Shown here piece by piece: positions 55,466-64,000 of a stretch of DNA of 64,000 nucleotides. The stretch comes from Candidatus Zipacnadia bacterium (lineage in GTDB: Bacteria > Armatimonadota > Zipacnadia > JALGUG01), in assembly GCA_029820995.1 (NCBI GenBank), contig JALGUG010000001.1, forward strand, positions 36 through 64,035. The letters are read 5' to 3'. The position numbers were made by a program, and so were the translations under genes. A model generated the notes under the pieces. It ran no database searches. It saw nothing but the letters and a program-made list of their open reading frames with translations, and had not been told where the DNA came from. The stretch's first letter is position 1. The number at the start of each line of letters is the position of its first letter.

Positions 55466-57385
55466 CTACCTCCGCCTCCACCACACCGCGATGCCGGCAG
55501 CGATGATGGCCAGCGGTATGATGGCACACGTCAGGAAGGCGATGAACCGCTTCTGGCCCCCGCTCAGCGTCATCGTCTTGGGCGTCGTGTCCTTCGCCGT
55601 AATATCAATCAGCTCCGTCTCCTCCGCGAGCCAGTGGATCGAGTTCAAGAACAGGTCGAGGTTCATCGGGAGCTGCCGAATGATGTCGTTGTACGCGAAC
55701 GCCGCGCTGCCAATGGCCACAATGCGGATCTTCGGCTGGTTCTGCTTCTTCTCCGGCTCCAGGGGAATGTCCTCAGGCACACCCGTGGTCTTCTCGATGG
55801 CCACTGCAATGCTCAGCGGGCCGCTTTCTTCACTGCCGTCCCGCGATGGCGGCCAATCGGCAATGTCGGTTTCGGCCCACGAGCCCTCATCCGTCTTGAG
55901 AATCGCCCGAGCCGGGCCGGTCGGCGGCTTGGGGCGATAAGGGTCCTCCATCTCGTCCGGCTCTGACGTCTCGGGAATGATCGCGCGAGCCGCCGGGAAG
56001 GCCAGGGAATACAGCCCGCGGGTGATGTCGTGCATATCGCCGCTCCGGATGATGTAGGTGACCAGGGCGTTCCCCAGCAGCGTGCTGCCCGTGGGGTTCA
56101 CGATGATCCCGGGCGCGACGCGAGCGCCGTACTCGGAAAGCAAGTCGCTGAAGTCGGGCGCCGGCGGCTCGGCCAACAGCAGCAGCAACCGCCCGTTGTC
56201 CGCTACCCAGTCCTGGACCGCCTTCAGCTCTTTGTCAAACAGCGGCTGCTTGGCACCGGCGATGACCAGCACCTTGCAGGCCTCGGGGATCTTGGGCTCC
56301 TTTTCCTTTACCAGGTTCAAGGCTTCCGGCTGATAGTTCTGCCCTTCAAGGGCCGACTTGACCTTGCTGAGGCCACCCTCCCCCCACTCGTCGAGGCCGG
56401 CCTCGCCATGCCCCTCCAGGAAGTAGATGCGCGGCTTCTCGGTCTTGGTGGCACTGAGGATCAAGCTCGTCAGGCGGCGCTCGTCGGGATTGCTGGCCTC
56501 CTTCACCACGTCCCCGTACTCCACCAACACCGTGCCGTCAGTGATATGCTTGCCGGTCTTGTCTTCGATCGCCTTGACGCGTGTTCCGGCCAAGTTGGGA
56601 TCAACGATATCCACCACGAGGTACTTCTTGTTCGCTCGAGCATAGAGCTTCAAGAGCTTGCGCAGTTTCTCACCGCCGTAGTAGTTCGGCGTCAGGAAGG
56701 CGGTGATCTTCATCTTATCCTTACGCGCGCCCTTGCCCAGGTCGCGTACAATCTTCACGGTCTGGGGCGCCAGTGAGTTCACCTTCTCCTTCGTGAAGTC
56801 CCACCTGACTTCCCAGCCCGTGAGGAACCAGTTGAGCATCACCAGGGCCGCCAGGAACAGCACGGACAGGATCAGCGTGTGGGCTCCCACCCGGGCGCCG
56901 CGCATGCCCGCATACATGACCAGCTTCTGAAAGCTGGCAATCAGAGCGAAGGCCAGGAACGCGCCCCCCACGGCCAAGCAAACCCAGGTTGGCTTTCCGG
57001 GCTTGCCGGCAATCGAGTACAAGAAGAACGCCGCCAGCAGCACTCCCAGGCCCAGTATCGCGACGACGGGTGCAACCCGCACGTGGAGCGGCTCGTCCAC
57101 CGGCGCAACCATCTCGCGGTATCGCGGGTCCGTGAAGGTCCGTTCCTCCAGAGCCTTTGGTGTCGAACGCCGCGGCCGCCGGCTGCGCTTCTTCTGCGGC
57201 TTCTCCGCGGGTTCCGCCTCGGCCTCGCTCGGCTGACTCTCGTCTCCCGGCGACTCCTCCTCCGCGCCGGAGGTCTCGGCGACCTCCTCCGTCGACTCCT
57301 CGGGTTCGCCCTCTTCGGGTTCCTCCGAGACCTCGTCAGGCTGCTGTTCCGACTTGCTGTCTTTGTCTTCCGGCATCTGCTTCAC
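55466..57385 (-). CDS. GldG-family ABC-transporter auxiliary protein with an acidic N-terminal extension
   Basis: 639 aa with TM helices near residue 120 onward and at the C-terminus (IIPLAIIAAGIAVWW). The central region looks like an ABC_transp_aux domain. The first roughly 100 aa are Glu/Asp/Pro/Ser-rich. The start codon is uncertain (GTG at 57385 or ATG at 57376). Confidence 0.7.
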   Translation of the reverse strand: MKQMPEDKDSKSEQQPDEVSEEPEEGEPEESTEEVAETSGAEEESPGDESQPSEAEAEPAEKPQKKRSRRPRRSTPKALEERTFTDPRYREMVAPVDEPLHVRVAPVVAILGLGVLLAAFFLYSIAGKPGKPTWVCLAVGGAFLAFALIASFQKLVMYAGMRGARVGAHTLILSVLFLAALVMLNWFLTGWEVRWDFTKEKVNSLAPQTVKIVRDLGKGARKDKMKITAFLTPNYYGGEKLRKLLKLYARANKKYLVVDIVDPNLAGTRVKAIEDKTGKHITDGTVLVEYGDVVKEASNPDERRLTSLILSATKTEKPRIYFLEGHGEAGLDEWGEGGLSKVKSALEGQNYQPEALNLVKEKEPKIPEACKVLVIAGAKQPLFDKELKAVQDWVADNGRLLLLLAEPPAPDFSDLLSEYGARVAPGIIVNPTGSTLLGNALVTYIIRSGDMHDITRGLYSLAFPAARAIIPETSEPDEMEDPYRPKPPTGPARAILKTDEGSWAETDIADWPPSRDGSEESGPLSIAVAIEKTTGVPEDIPLEPEKKQNQPKIRIVAIGSAAFAYNDIIRQLPMNLDLFLNSIHWLAEETELIDITAKDTTPKTMTLSGGQKRFIAFLTCAIIPLAIIAAGIAVWWRRR

Positions 57386-57440
57386 CCCACGGGCCTTCGG
57401 CCCTTGCGCGCAACCCGCTTCGTTCGGCGAGCCGCGCTGT

Positions 57441-58169
57441 CTACTTGGTTCGCAGGTTCGTAATCACACGTGTCGCAATGAAGAGCGCAAACACAACGAC
57501 GCTGACAAACAGCACCACGCTCTTCGAACTGAGAGCACCCTCCGACACGTCGCGAAAAGTCTCATAGATGGACATGTACACAGCCACTTGCGTCAGCGCG
57601 CCCTTGGCCGAAGCCGCGGCGTACTCCACCCAGCCGATCAGCCACAGCGTCAGCAGCACTGCCACCGTGCCCAGGTAGGCCGCAATCTGGCTCTGCGTGG
57701 TCGCCGACACCGCAATGCCCACAGCCGCATACGTCAGACCCGCCAGGAACAAGGCCAGATACGCCACAAGCATCGGCCCCAGCTCCGGATTCGGGTCGGC
57801 AAAGGCAATCAGGCACAACGGGAACTCGAGGCTCACCAGCAGCATCACGACCCAGACCCCTGCCACACCCAGCCACTTGCCCACCACGACCTCATAATCG
57901 TTCACCGGATTCGTCAGCAGCGGCTCGATGGTGCCCGACCGTCTCTCTTCAGCGAACGAGCGCATGGTCAGCATCGGCACGCACCAGATCGCCAAAAAGG
58001 ACATCGTGCCCGCCATGGCACCAATCTCCGCCGGCGGCCTGGGCGTGTACACGCCCAGGGCGAACACAATCCCCGAAATGAGCAGATAGAACAGCAGCGC
58101 CACGTAGGCGGCCGGTGACACGAAGTAGTAACGCAGCTCTCGGGAAGCGATGGCCCAGACTCGTGACAT
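57441..58169 (-). CDS. ABC-2 type transporter permease (GldF-like)
   Basis: 242 aa with about 6 TM helices. MSRVWAIASRELRYYFVSPAAYV is a typical ABC-2 N-terminus. It starts 2 nt after the ATPase gene's stop. Confidence 0.8.
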   Translation of the reverse strand: MSRVWAIASRELRYYFVSPAAYVALLFYLLISGIVFALGVYTPRPPAEIGAMAGTMSFLAIWCVPMLTMRSFAEERRSGTIEPLLTNPVNDYEVVVGKWLGVAGVWVVMLLVSLEFPLCLIAFADPNPELGPMLVAYLALFLAGLTYAAVGIAVSATTQSQIAAYLGTVAVLLTLWLIGWVEYAAASAKGALTQVAVYMSIYETFRDVSEGALSSKSVVLFVSVVVFALFIATRVITNLRTK

Positions 58170-58171
58170 GG

Positions 58172-59116
58172 CTACTGCGTCCTCTCCTCTTCAGCGGTAA
58201 GCTGCAAGAAGACCTCCTCCAGGCTCATGTCCACTTTCCGCAGTTCCAGGAGGCTCCAGCCCTTCTCGACGATGAACTTGGCCAACTCGGGCCGCAGATC
58301 GGTCCCCACTCGGCTCTCCACGTAGTACCCCGCGCCCTCCGCCCCCTCCTCCTCCGGCCGCACCGCCTGCACATCCCGCATAGCCTGCAACTCTCGCCGG
58401 ATCATCGGTGACTGATCGCGCACGCGCACGTACAGCGTATCCCTGTGGCGGAGACGTTGCGTCAGATCCTCGCGGGTGTCCTCTGCCACGATCTGCCCGT
58501 TGTTGATGATGATGACGCGGTCACAGATCATCTGTGCTTCCGGCAGCACGTGCGTCGAAAGCATCACTGTGTGGTCGCCGGCCAGCCGCTTGACCATCTG
58601 TCGCGTCTCCACGACCTGCCCGGGGTCCAGACCAATGGTCGGCTCATCCAGAATCAAGATCGGCGGGTCGTGCACCAATGCCTGCGCCAATCCCACCCGC
58701 TGTCGGAACCCCTTCGACAGCTTGCCGATCTGGGTGTCCAGATAATCGTGCAGCCGACACTTGTCAATCACATCATCCAGCCGATCATAGAGCTCAGACC
58801 GTGAGACCCCACGGAGCTTGGCCATAAACTCCAAATACTGAATCGGGGTCATCTCCGGATACACGGCTGCCGTCTCCGGCAGGTACCCGATCGCCCTACG
58901 GGCCGAGATGCTGTCCTCGTAGATGTCGTGGCCCGCAATGAGCGCCGTGCCGTAGGTGGCGGGCATGAAACAGGTCAGAATGCGCATCGTGGTGGTCTTG
59001 CCCGCCGCGTTGGGCCCCAGAAACGCGACGATTTCGCCTTCCTTCACGTGGAAGCTGACGTCGTGGATGGCGCGAAATGATCCGTAATACTTGGTAAGAC
59101 CCTTGGCCTCAATCAT
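58172..59116 (-). CDS. ABC transporter ATP-binding protein (GldA-like)
   Basis: ORF 58172..59122. I preferred the ATG at 59116 after GAGGGG. Walker A is GPNAAGKTT, the signature is LSKGFRQR, and Walker B is ILILDEP. Confidence 0.9.
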   Translation of the reverse strand: MIEAKGLTKYYGSFRAIHDVSFHVKEGEIVAFLGPNAAGKTTTMRILTCFMPATYGTALIAGHDIYEDSISARRAIGYLPETAAVYPEMTPIQYLEFMAKLRGVSRSELYDRLDDVIDKCRLHDYLDTQIGKLSKGFRQRVGLAQALVHDPPILILDEPTIGLDPGQVVETRQMVKRLAGDHTVMLSTHVLPEAQMICDRVIIINNGQIVAEDTREDLTQRLRHRDTLYVRVRDQSPMIRRELQAMRDVQAVRPEEEGAEGAGYYVESRVGTDLRPELAKFIVEKGWSLLELRKVDMSLEEVFLQLTAEEERTQ

Positions 59117-59188
59117 ACGCAACCCCTCACCCTCACCGCTACGGCCGGCGGCGATTCGTACCCGCCAAAGCGGTTCTTAGTGGCTGAC

Positions 59189-59590
59189 TCACACGTCCTC
59201 CGGCGATGTTCCCACGGCCAGGATGCTGCACGCCTGCGTCACCTTCAGCCCCAGGCCCTTGAGCTTCGCAACCAGTTCCGGGCTCTCCGACCCTGGATTC
59301 AAAAACACCTCTTTGATGCCCTTCTCCGCTAGCTGCTCTGCCACCATCAGCCCCACCGTCGGCGGCACATACATGCTCGCAGTCTCGATCTCTCCCGGCA
59401 CCTCGAGCACGGAGGCATACGCTTGAAGACCAGCGACTTCCGCGGCGTTCGGGTTGATCGGATAGACCCGGTAGCCGGCCTTATGGTAAGCGCGCACCGC
59501 CTTGTTGCCGTACTTCGTCGGGTCAGCCGAAGCCCCAATGATCGCGATACTGCTCGTTGCGGGTCCCTCCCGGAAACCTGCGTCAGCCAA
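59189..59590 (-). CDS. CoA-binding domain protein (YccU/YneT-like)
   Basis: 133 aa with a TTG start. It contains IAIIGAS.DP.KYGNKA......GY.VYPINP and the rest of the family pattern. Confidence 0.75.
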   Translation of the reverse strand: MADAGFREGPATSSIAIIGASADPTKYGNKAVRAYHKAGYRVYPINPNAAEVAGLQAYASVLEVPGEIETASMYVPPTVGLMVAEQLAEKGIKEVFLNPGSESPELVAKLKGLGLKVTQACSILAVGTSPEDV

Positions 59591-59892
59591 GCTCGCGGGC
59601 CGCAGCGCCGCGCCCGTCGCATCCGGCGGCTGGTCTCGGGGTTGTGCAATAGCTACGCGCGGAGACCTACTCGTTGCCGAGGTACCAAAATCCCAGTTCC
59701 CTCGGTCTTCCTCTTTCAGCAGAGCCCCTCAAACGGCGCGGAGTATAGCATACTTAGTTCCAGACGGTCAATATCCTCCCCTACTCACGGCCCCCGTACG
59801 CCGAGACGCTTCATTCAGTCGTTTTGCACACGCTTGTTGTTCGCTTCCTTCCCACTCCTTTTCCGTCGGACCAGCGACTGCACGCTGCGCTG

Positions 59893-60396
59893 TCACTGCG
59901 CCCAGGGTCCGTGCAGCACGATGTTGAACACCCACGAGATCACGAGCACCACCGCGGCCCCCAGGTTCAGCCACTTCAAGAACCACCTGGGCCAGCGAAC
60001 TACGGTGGCCGGCCGTAACAACAGGTACAAGCGGTACGGGATCTGCGCCACAAACAACAACCACATGAACGGGCCGATAAGGTTGGCCAGAAAAGCCTCC
60101 GACACCCGGCCGCGTGACATCAGACAGACCGAGGTCGTCAGGCCGCAGCCGGGGCACGGGAGGCCGGTGAGCTTATGGAACATGCAGGGCGGCAAGAATA
60201 GTCGCTCGTGCGTGCCGTAGCCTCGAGGGTCCGGCGGGAGCACCATTGACACCGCCAGCACCAGGACCGCGCCACTCAGCAACAGTACATGCTCTGCCGT
60301 GCGGCTCCGGCCGGCGGCAGGCGCATACGTCGCCGGTGGAAGCGTCAGGGCTCGATGGCCTCCGACCTGTTGGGCCTTCGCCGAGGATGGCTCCAA
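59893..60396 (-). CDS. DUF2752 family membrane protein
   Basis: 167 aa. It has the hallmark CPGCGLTTS after the first TM helix, followed by further TM helices. The start is uncertain, since the ORF overlaps the upstream gene by 52 nt. Confidence 0.65.
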   Translation of the reverse strand: MEPSSAKAQQVGGHRALTLPPATYAPAAGRSRTAEHVLLLSGAVLVLAVSMVLPPDPRGYGTHERLFLPPCMFHKLTGLPCPGCGLTTSVCLMSRGRVSEAFLANLIGPFMWLLFVAQIPYRLYLLLRPATVVRWPRWFLKWLNLGAAVVLVISWVFNIVLHGPWAQ

Positions 60397-61130
60397 CGAC
60401 CTACCCCTGCTTGCTGTTCATGAGATGCTAATGAATCAACGAAATCGTTGAGCTCGGTGTTCCGCAGAACCATCGCCCGCGGGCCCAGGAGATGGCGGTA
60501 CTTCCTGGCCAGATCCAGCATCCGGCCGGCGGGCGCTGACCCGCCAACGTCAATGAACACCACATCGGCACGGGGCTGCCGGCCCGCCACGGTTCCCAGG
60601 TCCCAGGCATCACATTGCAGGATTCCCACGTTCGGCGTCGCGCCAAACCGCGTTCTCAGCCGCGCGCAGTTGTGCGCGGTGAGCTCGATAGCCACCACCT
60701 TCGCAGCCCGACGCGCCAGTCGAGACGTCGTCTCACCCGTCGAGGCGCCCACTTCCACCACAACCTCCCCCTCCTGCGGTATGGTGCTCGCCAGCTCCCG
60801 ATAGCGCGCCACACGTCCCACCAGGTGCAACTCGCAGGCCCGGTCGTCGCCTGCGGCCCGCGCCAGTCGTCGCGCTGCCTCCGCTCGGCAGTGGAGCGCC
60901 TCCCGATGGTCCGGGCTCAGTGCCAGCGCTGCCTCCGCCGCCTCCTGCGCTGCCGCGGCATCCTCGCTCGCAAGCTGCCGCAGCGCCTCCAGTACCAGCG
61001 CATCGGCCTGCCCCCATCCCTCGGCGCGCGCTTGCCTGACGGCTTGTGCGTACACTGCTTGCGCCTGCCGCGGCTTGCCCGCCTTCAGGCAGGCTCGAGC
61101 CGCTGCCTTAAGCTCCGCCACCGTTCTCAT
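60345..61130 (-). CDS. TPR-like N-terminal domain fused to a class I SAM-dependent methyltransferase
   Basis: 261 aa. Helical repeats come first (KAGKPRQAQAVYAQAVRQARAEG...). SAM motif I follows as VVVEVGASTGETTSRLARRAAKVVAIE. Confidence 0.65.
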   Translation of the reverse strand: MRTVAELKAAARACLKAGKPRQAQAVYAQAVRQARAEGWGQADALVLEALRQLASEDAAAAQEAAEAALALSPDHREALHCRAEAARRLARAAGDDRACELHLVGRVARYRELASTIPQEGEVVVEVGASTGETTSRLARRAAKVVAIELTAHNCARLRTRFGATPNVGILQCDAWDLGTVAGRQPRADVVFIDVGGSAPAGRMLDLARKYRHLLGPRAMVLRNTELNDFVDSLASHEQQAGVGRWSHPRRRPNRSEAIEP

Positions 61131-61327
61131 CGTCCCATGCCAACCTCTTCCCTCCTAATTGATACGTTGCTTGCCCCGTGCTGTCAAGGCGCCCGGACTG
61201 ATGCGCTCCACAGGCCGACCAAAGAAGGGCACGCGCAGCCCCCGGCGAAATCTCCCTGGGCGACTTTGTGGTGGGAACCGGGCTGGTTGCTCGGCACCGC
61301 CAATCCTCACTCGACTGGAGGTCTCCG

Positions 61328-62110
61328 ATGGGTCGAATCAAGCAGTCCTTCTGCCTAGGGTGCTATCTGCGCAACGGTGTCACTCTTGAAAAGCTCATTC
61401 CCGCTGCCGCGGAGATCGGCTACGATGCCTGCGAGCTCTGGTGGCGGGCGGGCCAGCCGCTTGACGAGATCTGCGACCTGGCTCAGCAGAACGGCATGGT
61501 CGTGGCCAGCATGTCCGGTCACCAATCCTTGCCCGACGGCCTCAATAAGCCGGAGAACCACGACCGCATCGAGGACGAGCTGCACGAGAGCATTGATCTC
61601 GCGGCCAAGCTGGGCATTCCCGGACTGATCTGCTTCTCCGGCAATCGCCATGCCCTGAGCGACAACGCCGCCGCGGTCGTGGTGGCCGAGGGGCTCAGCC
61701 GCGCCATCAAGCACGCTGAGGAGAAGAACATCAACCTGAACATCGAGCTGCTCAATAGCAAGATCAATCACCCCCTGTACCAGTGCGATCACACGGACTG
61801 GGGGGTCCTGGTGTGCAAGCTTGTCAACTCCCCGCGAGCCAAGGTGCTGTTCGACATCTACCACATGCAGATCATGGAGGGCGACCTGATCCGCAACATC
61901 CGCGACAATATCGAGTACATCGGTCACTTTCACACTGCGGGAAACCCGGACCGGCGCGATCTGGATGACGACCAGGAGATCAACTACCCGGCGGTCATGC
62001 GCGCCATCGCCGACGCAGGCTACGAGTACTATGTCGGCCACGAGTTCACGCCCAAGGGTGACGACCCGATCGCCGCTCTCAAGGCCGCCTGGGAGACGTG
62101 CAACGTCTAG
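61328..62110 (+). CDS. Hydroxypyruvate isomerase-like protein (xylose isomerase-like TIM barrel)
   Basis: ORF 61268..62110. I preferred the ATG at 61328 after GGAGG. MGRIKQSFCLGCY...ELWW...NIELLNSK.NHP.Y..DHT.W...D.YHMQIMEGD...HFHTAG.P.R..LD matches the Hyi-like pattern. Confidence 0.8.
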   Translation: MGRIKQSFCLGCYLRNGVTLEKLIPAAAEIGYDACELWWRAGQPLDEICDLAQQNGMVVASMSGHQSLPDGLNKPENHDRIEDELHESIDLAAKLGIPGLICFSGNRHALSDNAAAVVVAEGLSRAIKHAEEKNINLNIELLNSKINHPLYQCDHTDWGVLVCKLVNSPRAKVLFDIYHMQIMEGDLIRNIRDNIEYIGHFHTAGNPDRRDLDDDQEINYPAVMRAIADAGYEYYVGHEFTPKGDDPIAALKAAWETCNV

Positions 62111-62178
62111 CGAAGCTGTCAGTTCTCAGCGTTCAGCTATCAGCCAACGACTGGACGCTTCCGGAGGGGCGGTGCAAG

Positions 62179-63960
62179 GTGAGCAAGCTCGAACCGAGGG
62201 GCCCGTTTGATCTCGTTGTGGTCGGAGGCGGGCTCGCGGGAACCTGTGCGGCCCTGGCGGCCGCTCGCCACGGCCGGCAAGTCGCCCTCGTTCAGGACCG
62301 CCCGGTTCTCGGAGGCAACTCCTCCAGCGAAATCCGCATGCACGTCTGCGGTGCCGACGGCGGCGGCCACGAGCACGCGCGCGAAACGGGCATCCTGGAG
62401 GAGCTGCGCCTGGAGGATGCCGTCCGTAATCCCCAGCGCTGCGCTTCGCTGTGGGATGTCCTCTTGTGGGACTTCTGCCGCCGCGAGCCGAACCTTGCGC
62501 TATTCCTGAACACGGTGGTGGTCGAGGCCATCATGCTCGATGAGCGGCGCATCCGCTCGGTCCGCGCCCATCAACTTGGTTCGGAGCGGCACCTGGAGCT
62601 GTCCAGCGAGCTGTTCCTGGACGCCACCGGCGACGGGCGCCTGGGCTTTGAGGCCGGGGCCGAATTCCGCCGGGGGCGCGAGGCCAAGAGCGAGTTCGGC
62701 GAGTCGCGGGCGCCCGACCGCCCCGACAGCTACACCATGGGTAACAGCCTGCTATTCCAGAGCCGCGACATGGGCCGCCCGATGTCCTTTGTCGCGCCGC
62801 CCTGGGCGCACGTTTTCCCGACCGATGACGACCTCCCCAACCGCCACCACGGCAGCTTCGAGTGCGGGTACTGGTGGATCGAATGGGGCGGACAACTGGA
62901 CACGATTCGCGACAACGAGCAGATCCGAGACCAGCTCCTGAAGTACCTGTTCGGCGTCTGGGATCATATCAAGAACCGGGGCGATCACGGCGCCGAGAAC
63001 CATGCTCTCGAGTGGGTCGGCATGTTGCCCGGCAAGCGGGAATCGCGCCGGCTCATGGGCGACCACATTCTGACCGAGGGCGATATTGCCGATCAGGTCG
63101 CTTTCGAAGACCGCGTCGCGTACGGCGGCTGGCCCATTGATCTGCATCCCCCCGGCGGCATCGAGCACCGGGGCAAGCCCACGGAAATGCCGCCGTTGAA
63201 GAGGCTGTACAGCATCCCGTTGCGCTGTCTGTACTCGCGGAACATTGACAACCTGTTCATGGCCGGGCGCGACGCCAGCGCTTCCAGCGTGGCGCACGGG
63301 AGCACCCGCGTCATGGCTACCTGCGCCGTGATGGGCCAGGCAGCCGGCACTGCCGCAGCCCTCTGCCGCCGGCACGGCTGCGATCCGCGCGGCCTGGTTC
63401 CACGCCATGTTTCCGAACTGCAGCAGCTCTTGCTCAAGGACGACTGCTACCTTATCGGCCTGCGCAATGAGGACCCCGACGACCTCGCTCGCGGTGCGCA
63501 GGCGACCGCCTCCAGCTCCGCCGCGCCCGCCACGGGCCCCGAGCAGGTCCTCAGCGGCGTGGCGCGCACCGTCGGGACGGAGACCAACTGCTGGGTTTCG
63601 GCCCCCGACCTGCCGGCCTGGCTGGAACTGGACTTCGGCCGCGAGCAGCTCATTGATGCCGCTTATCTCACGTTCGACACGAACCTGAACACTAGGTTCA
63701 CGCTCACCCACGAGGCCGGCTTCGCCGCGCGGATGCCCCCGCGAGCACCAATCGCCGAGTGCGTCGCCGACTATCGCCTCGAGGCCGAGGTGGAGGGCGG
63801 CTGGAAACCTCTGGCTGACGTTCGCGGTAACTATCAACGCCGCCGAATCCATCGGTTCGATCCGGTCCGTGCGACGAAGCTGCGGCTGACCGTCACGCGC
63901 ACCAACGGCGACCCTTCCGCCCGTGTCTTTGAGGTGCGAGCCTACCGGGAGGGTGCGTAG
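62179..63960 (+). CDS. FAD-dependent oxidoreductase fused to a C-terminal discoidin (F5/8 type C)-like domain
   Basis: ORF 62098..63960. I preferred the GTG at 62179 after GGAGGGG. The dinucleotide fold is FDLVVVGGGLAGTCAALAAARHGRQVALVQDRPVLGGNSSSE. The C-terminus WLELDFG....IDAAYLTFD...RLTVTRTNGDPSARVFEVRAY is discoidin-like. Confidence 0.7.
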   Translation: MSKLEPRGPFDLVVVGGGLAGTCAALAAARHGRQVALVQDRPVLGGNSSSEIRMHVCGADGGGHEHARETGILEELRLEDAVRNPQRCASLWDVLLWDFCRREPNLALFLNTVVVEAIMLDERRIRSVRAHQLGSERHLELSSELFLDATGDGRLGFEAGAEFRRGREAKSEFGESRAPDRPDSYTMGNSLLFQSRDMGRPMSFVAPPWAHVFPTDDDLPNRHHGSFECGYWWIEWGGQLDTIRDNEQIRDQLLKYLFGVWDHIKNRGDHGAENHALEWVGMLPGKRESRRLMGDHILTEGDIADQVAFEDRVAYGGWPIDLHPPGGIEHRGKPTEMPPLKRLYSIPLRCLYSRNIDNLFMAGRDASASSVAHGSTRVMATCAVMGQAAGTAAALCRRHGCDPRGLVPRHVSELQQLLLKDDCYLIGLRNEDPDDLARGAQATASSSAAPATGPEQVLSGVARTVGTETNCWVSAPDLPAWLELDFGREQLIDAAYLTFDTNLNTRFTLTHEAGFAARMPPRAPIAECVADYRLEAEVEGGWKPLADVRGNYQRRRIHRFDPVRATKLRLTVTRTNGDPSARVFEVRAYREGA

Positions 63961-64000
63961 GCGACCCGTACGCCCGCGCGAAATGGAGGGACACGACTGC

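Noticed and set aside
60345-60396. A 52-nt overlap between the TPR-methyltransferase 3' end and the DUF2752 gene 5' end.
   Set aside because: This is probably start-codon mis-assignment or a non-conserved C-terminal read-on of the upstream gene. I see no frameshift signal or fusion evidence.
1-64000. Search for CRISPR arrays, rRNA, additional tRNAs, transposases, integrases, reverse transcriptases (retron/DGR) and known defence-system hallmarks.
   Set aside because: I saw no regularly spaced repeats and no further GGTTCGA-type T-arm signatures. No ORF has recognisable motifs of these classes. The only repeats found are those reported above.

Overview
This is a high-GC bacterial chromosomal segment, densely coded, with about 50 protein genes and one tRNA. 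I found no rRNA, CRISPR array, transposase or integrase.

Recognisable content, in order:
- A sugar and glycerate catabolism cluster: glycerate kinase 3' fragment, a xylose-isomerase-like TIM barrel, a cyclophilin-like protein and xylB.
- A glycogen cluster on one strand: a galT-family gene, a PAS/GAF histidine kinase, a receiver-only response regulator, glgC and glgA.
- MTAP and a HAD-IIA hydrolase.
- A 1.1 kb toxin-antitoxin islet (vapB-like/vapC, hicB, truncated hicA) bounded by 75-bp direct repeats.
- An NHL-repeat gene next to a classical-clade AAA+ ATPase.
- selB, ddl with a GlmU-like gene, and a REC-PAS-GAF-GGDEF protein.
- A LarA homologue paired with a Zn-dehydrogenase.
- rpoB and rpoC, both carrying lineage-specific insertions.
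- A DUF1559/H-X9-DG prepilin-like gene.
- selD followed by tRNA-Sec.
- A GldA/F/G-type ABC system with a DUF4340 gene, and an FAD-oxidoreductase/discoidin fusion.

The prepilin-like gene and the four xylose-isomerase-like TIM-barrel paralogues suggest a Planctomycetota, Verrucomicrobiota or Armatimonadota-type genome. This is inference only.

The most useful corrections and observations from reading the DNA:
1. selD is a selenoprotein gene. An in-frame TGA was split by the ORF track, and a 99-nt tRNA-Sec lies 66 nt downstream.
2. The TA islet duplicates the last codons of the HAD hydrolase gene, as an att-like scar would.
3. A roughly 160-225 bp element with inverted termini occurs twice, in opposite orientations, in two intergenic regions.
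4. Cys4 zinc-ribbon insertions are present in both RpoB and RpoC.

I did not find a convincing, clearly novel multi-gene system. The candidates below are graded accordingly.
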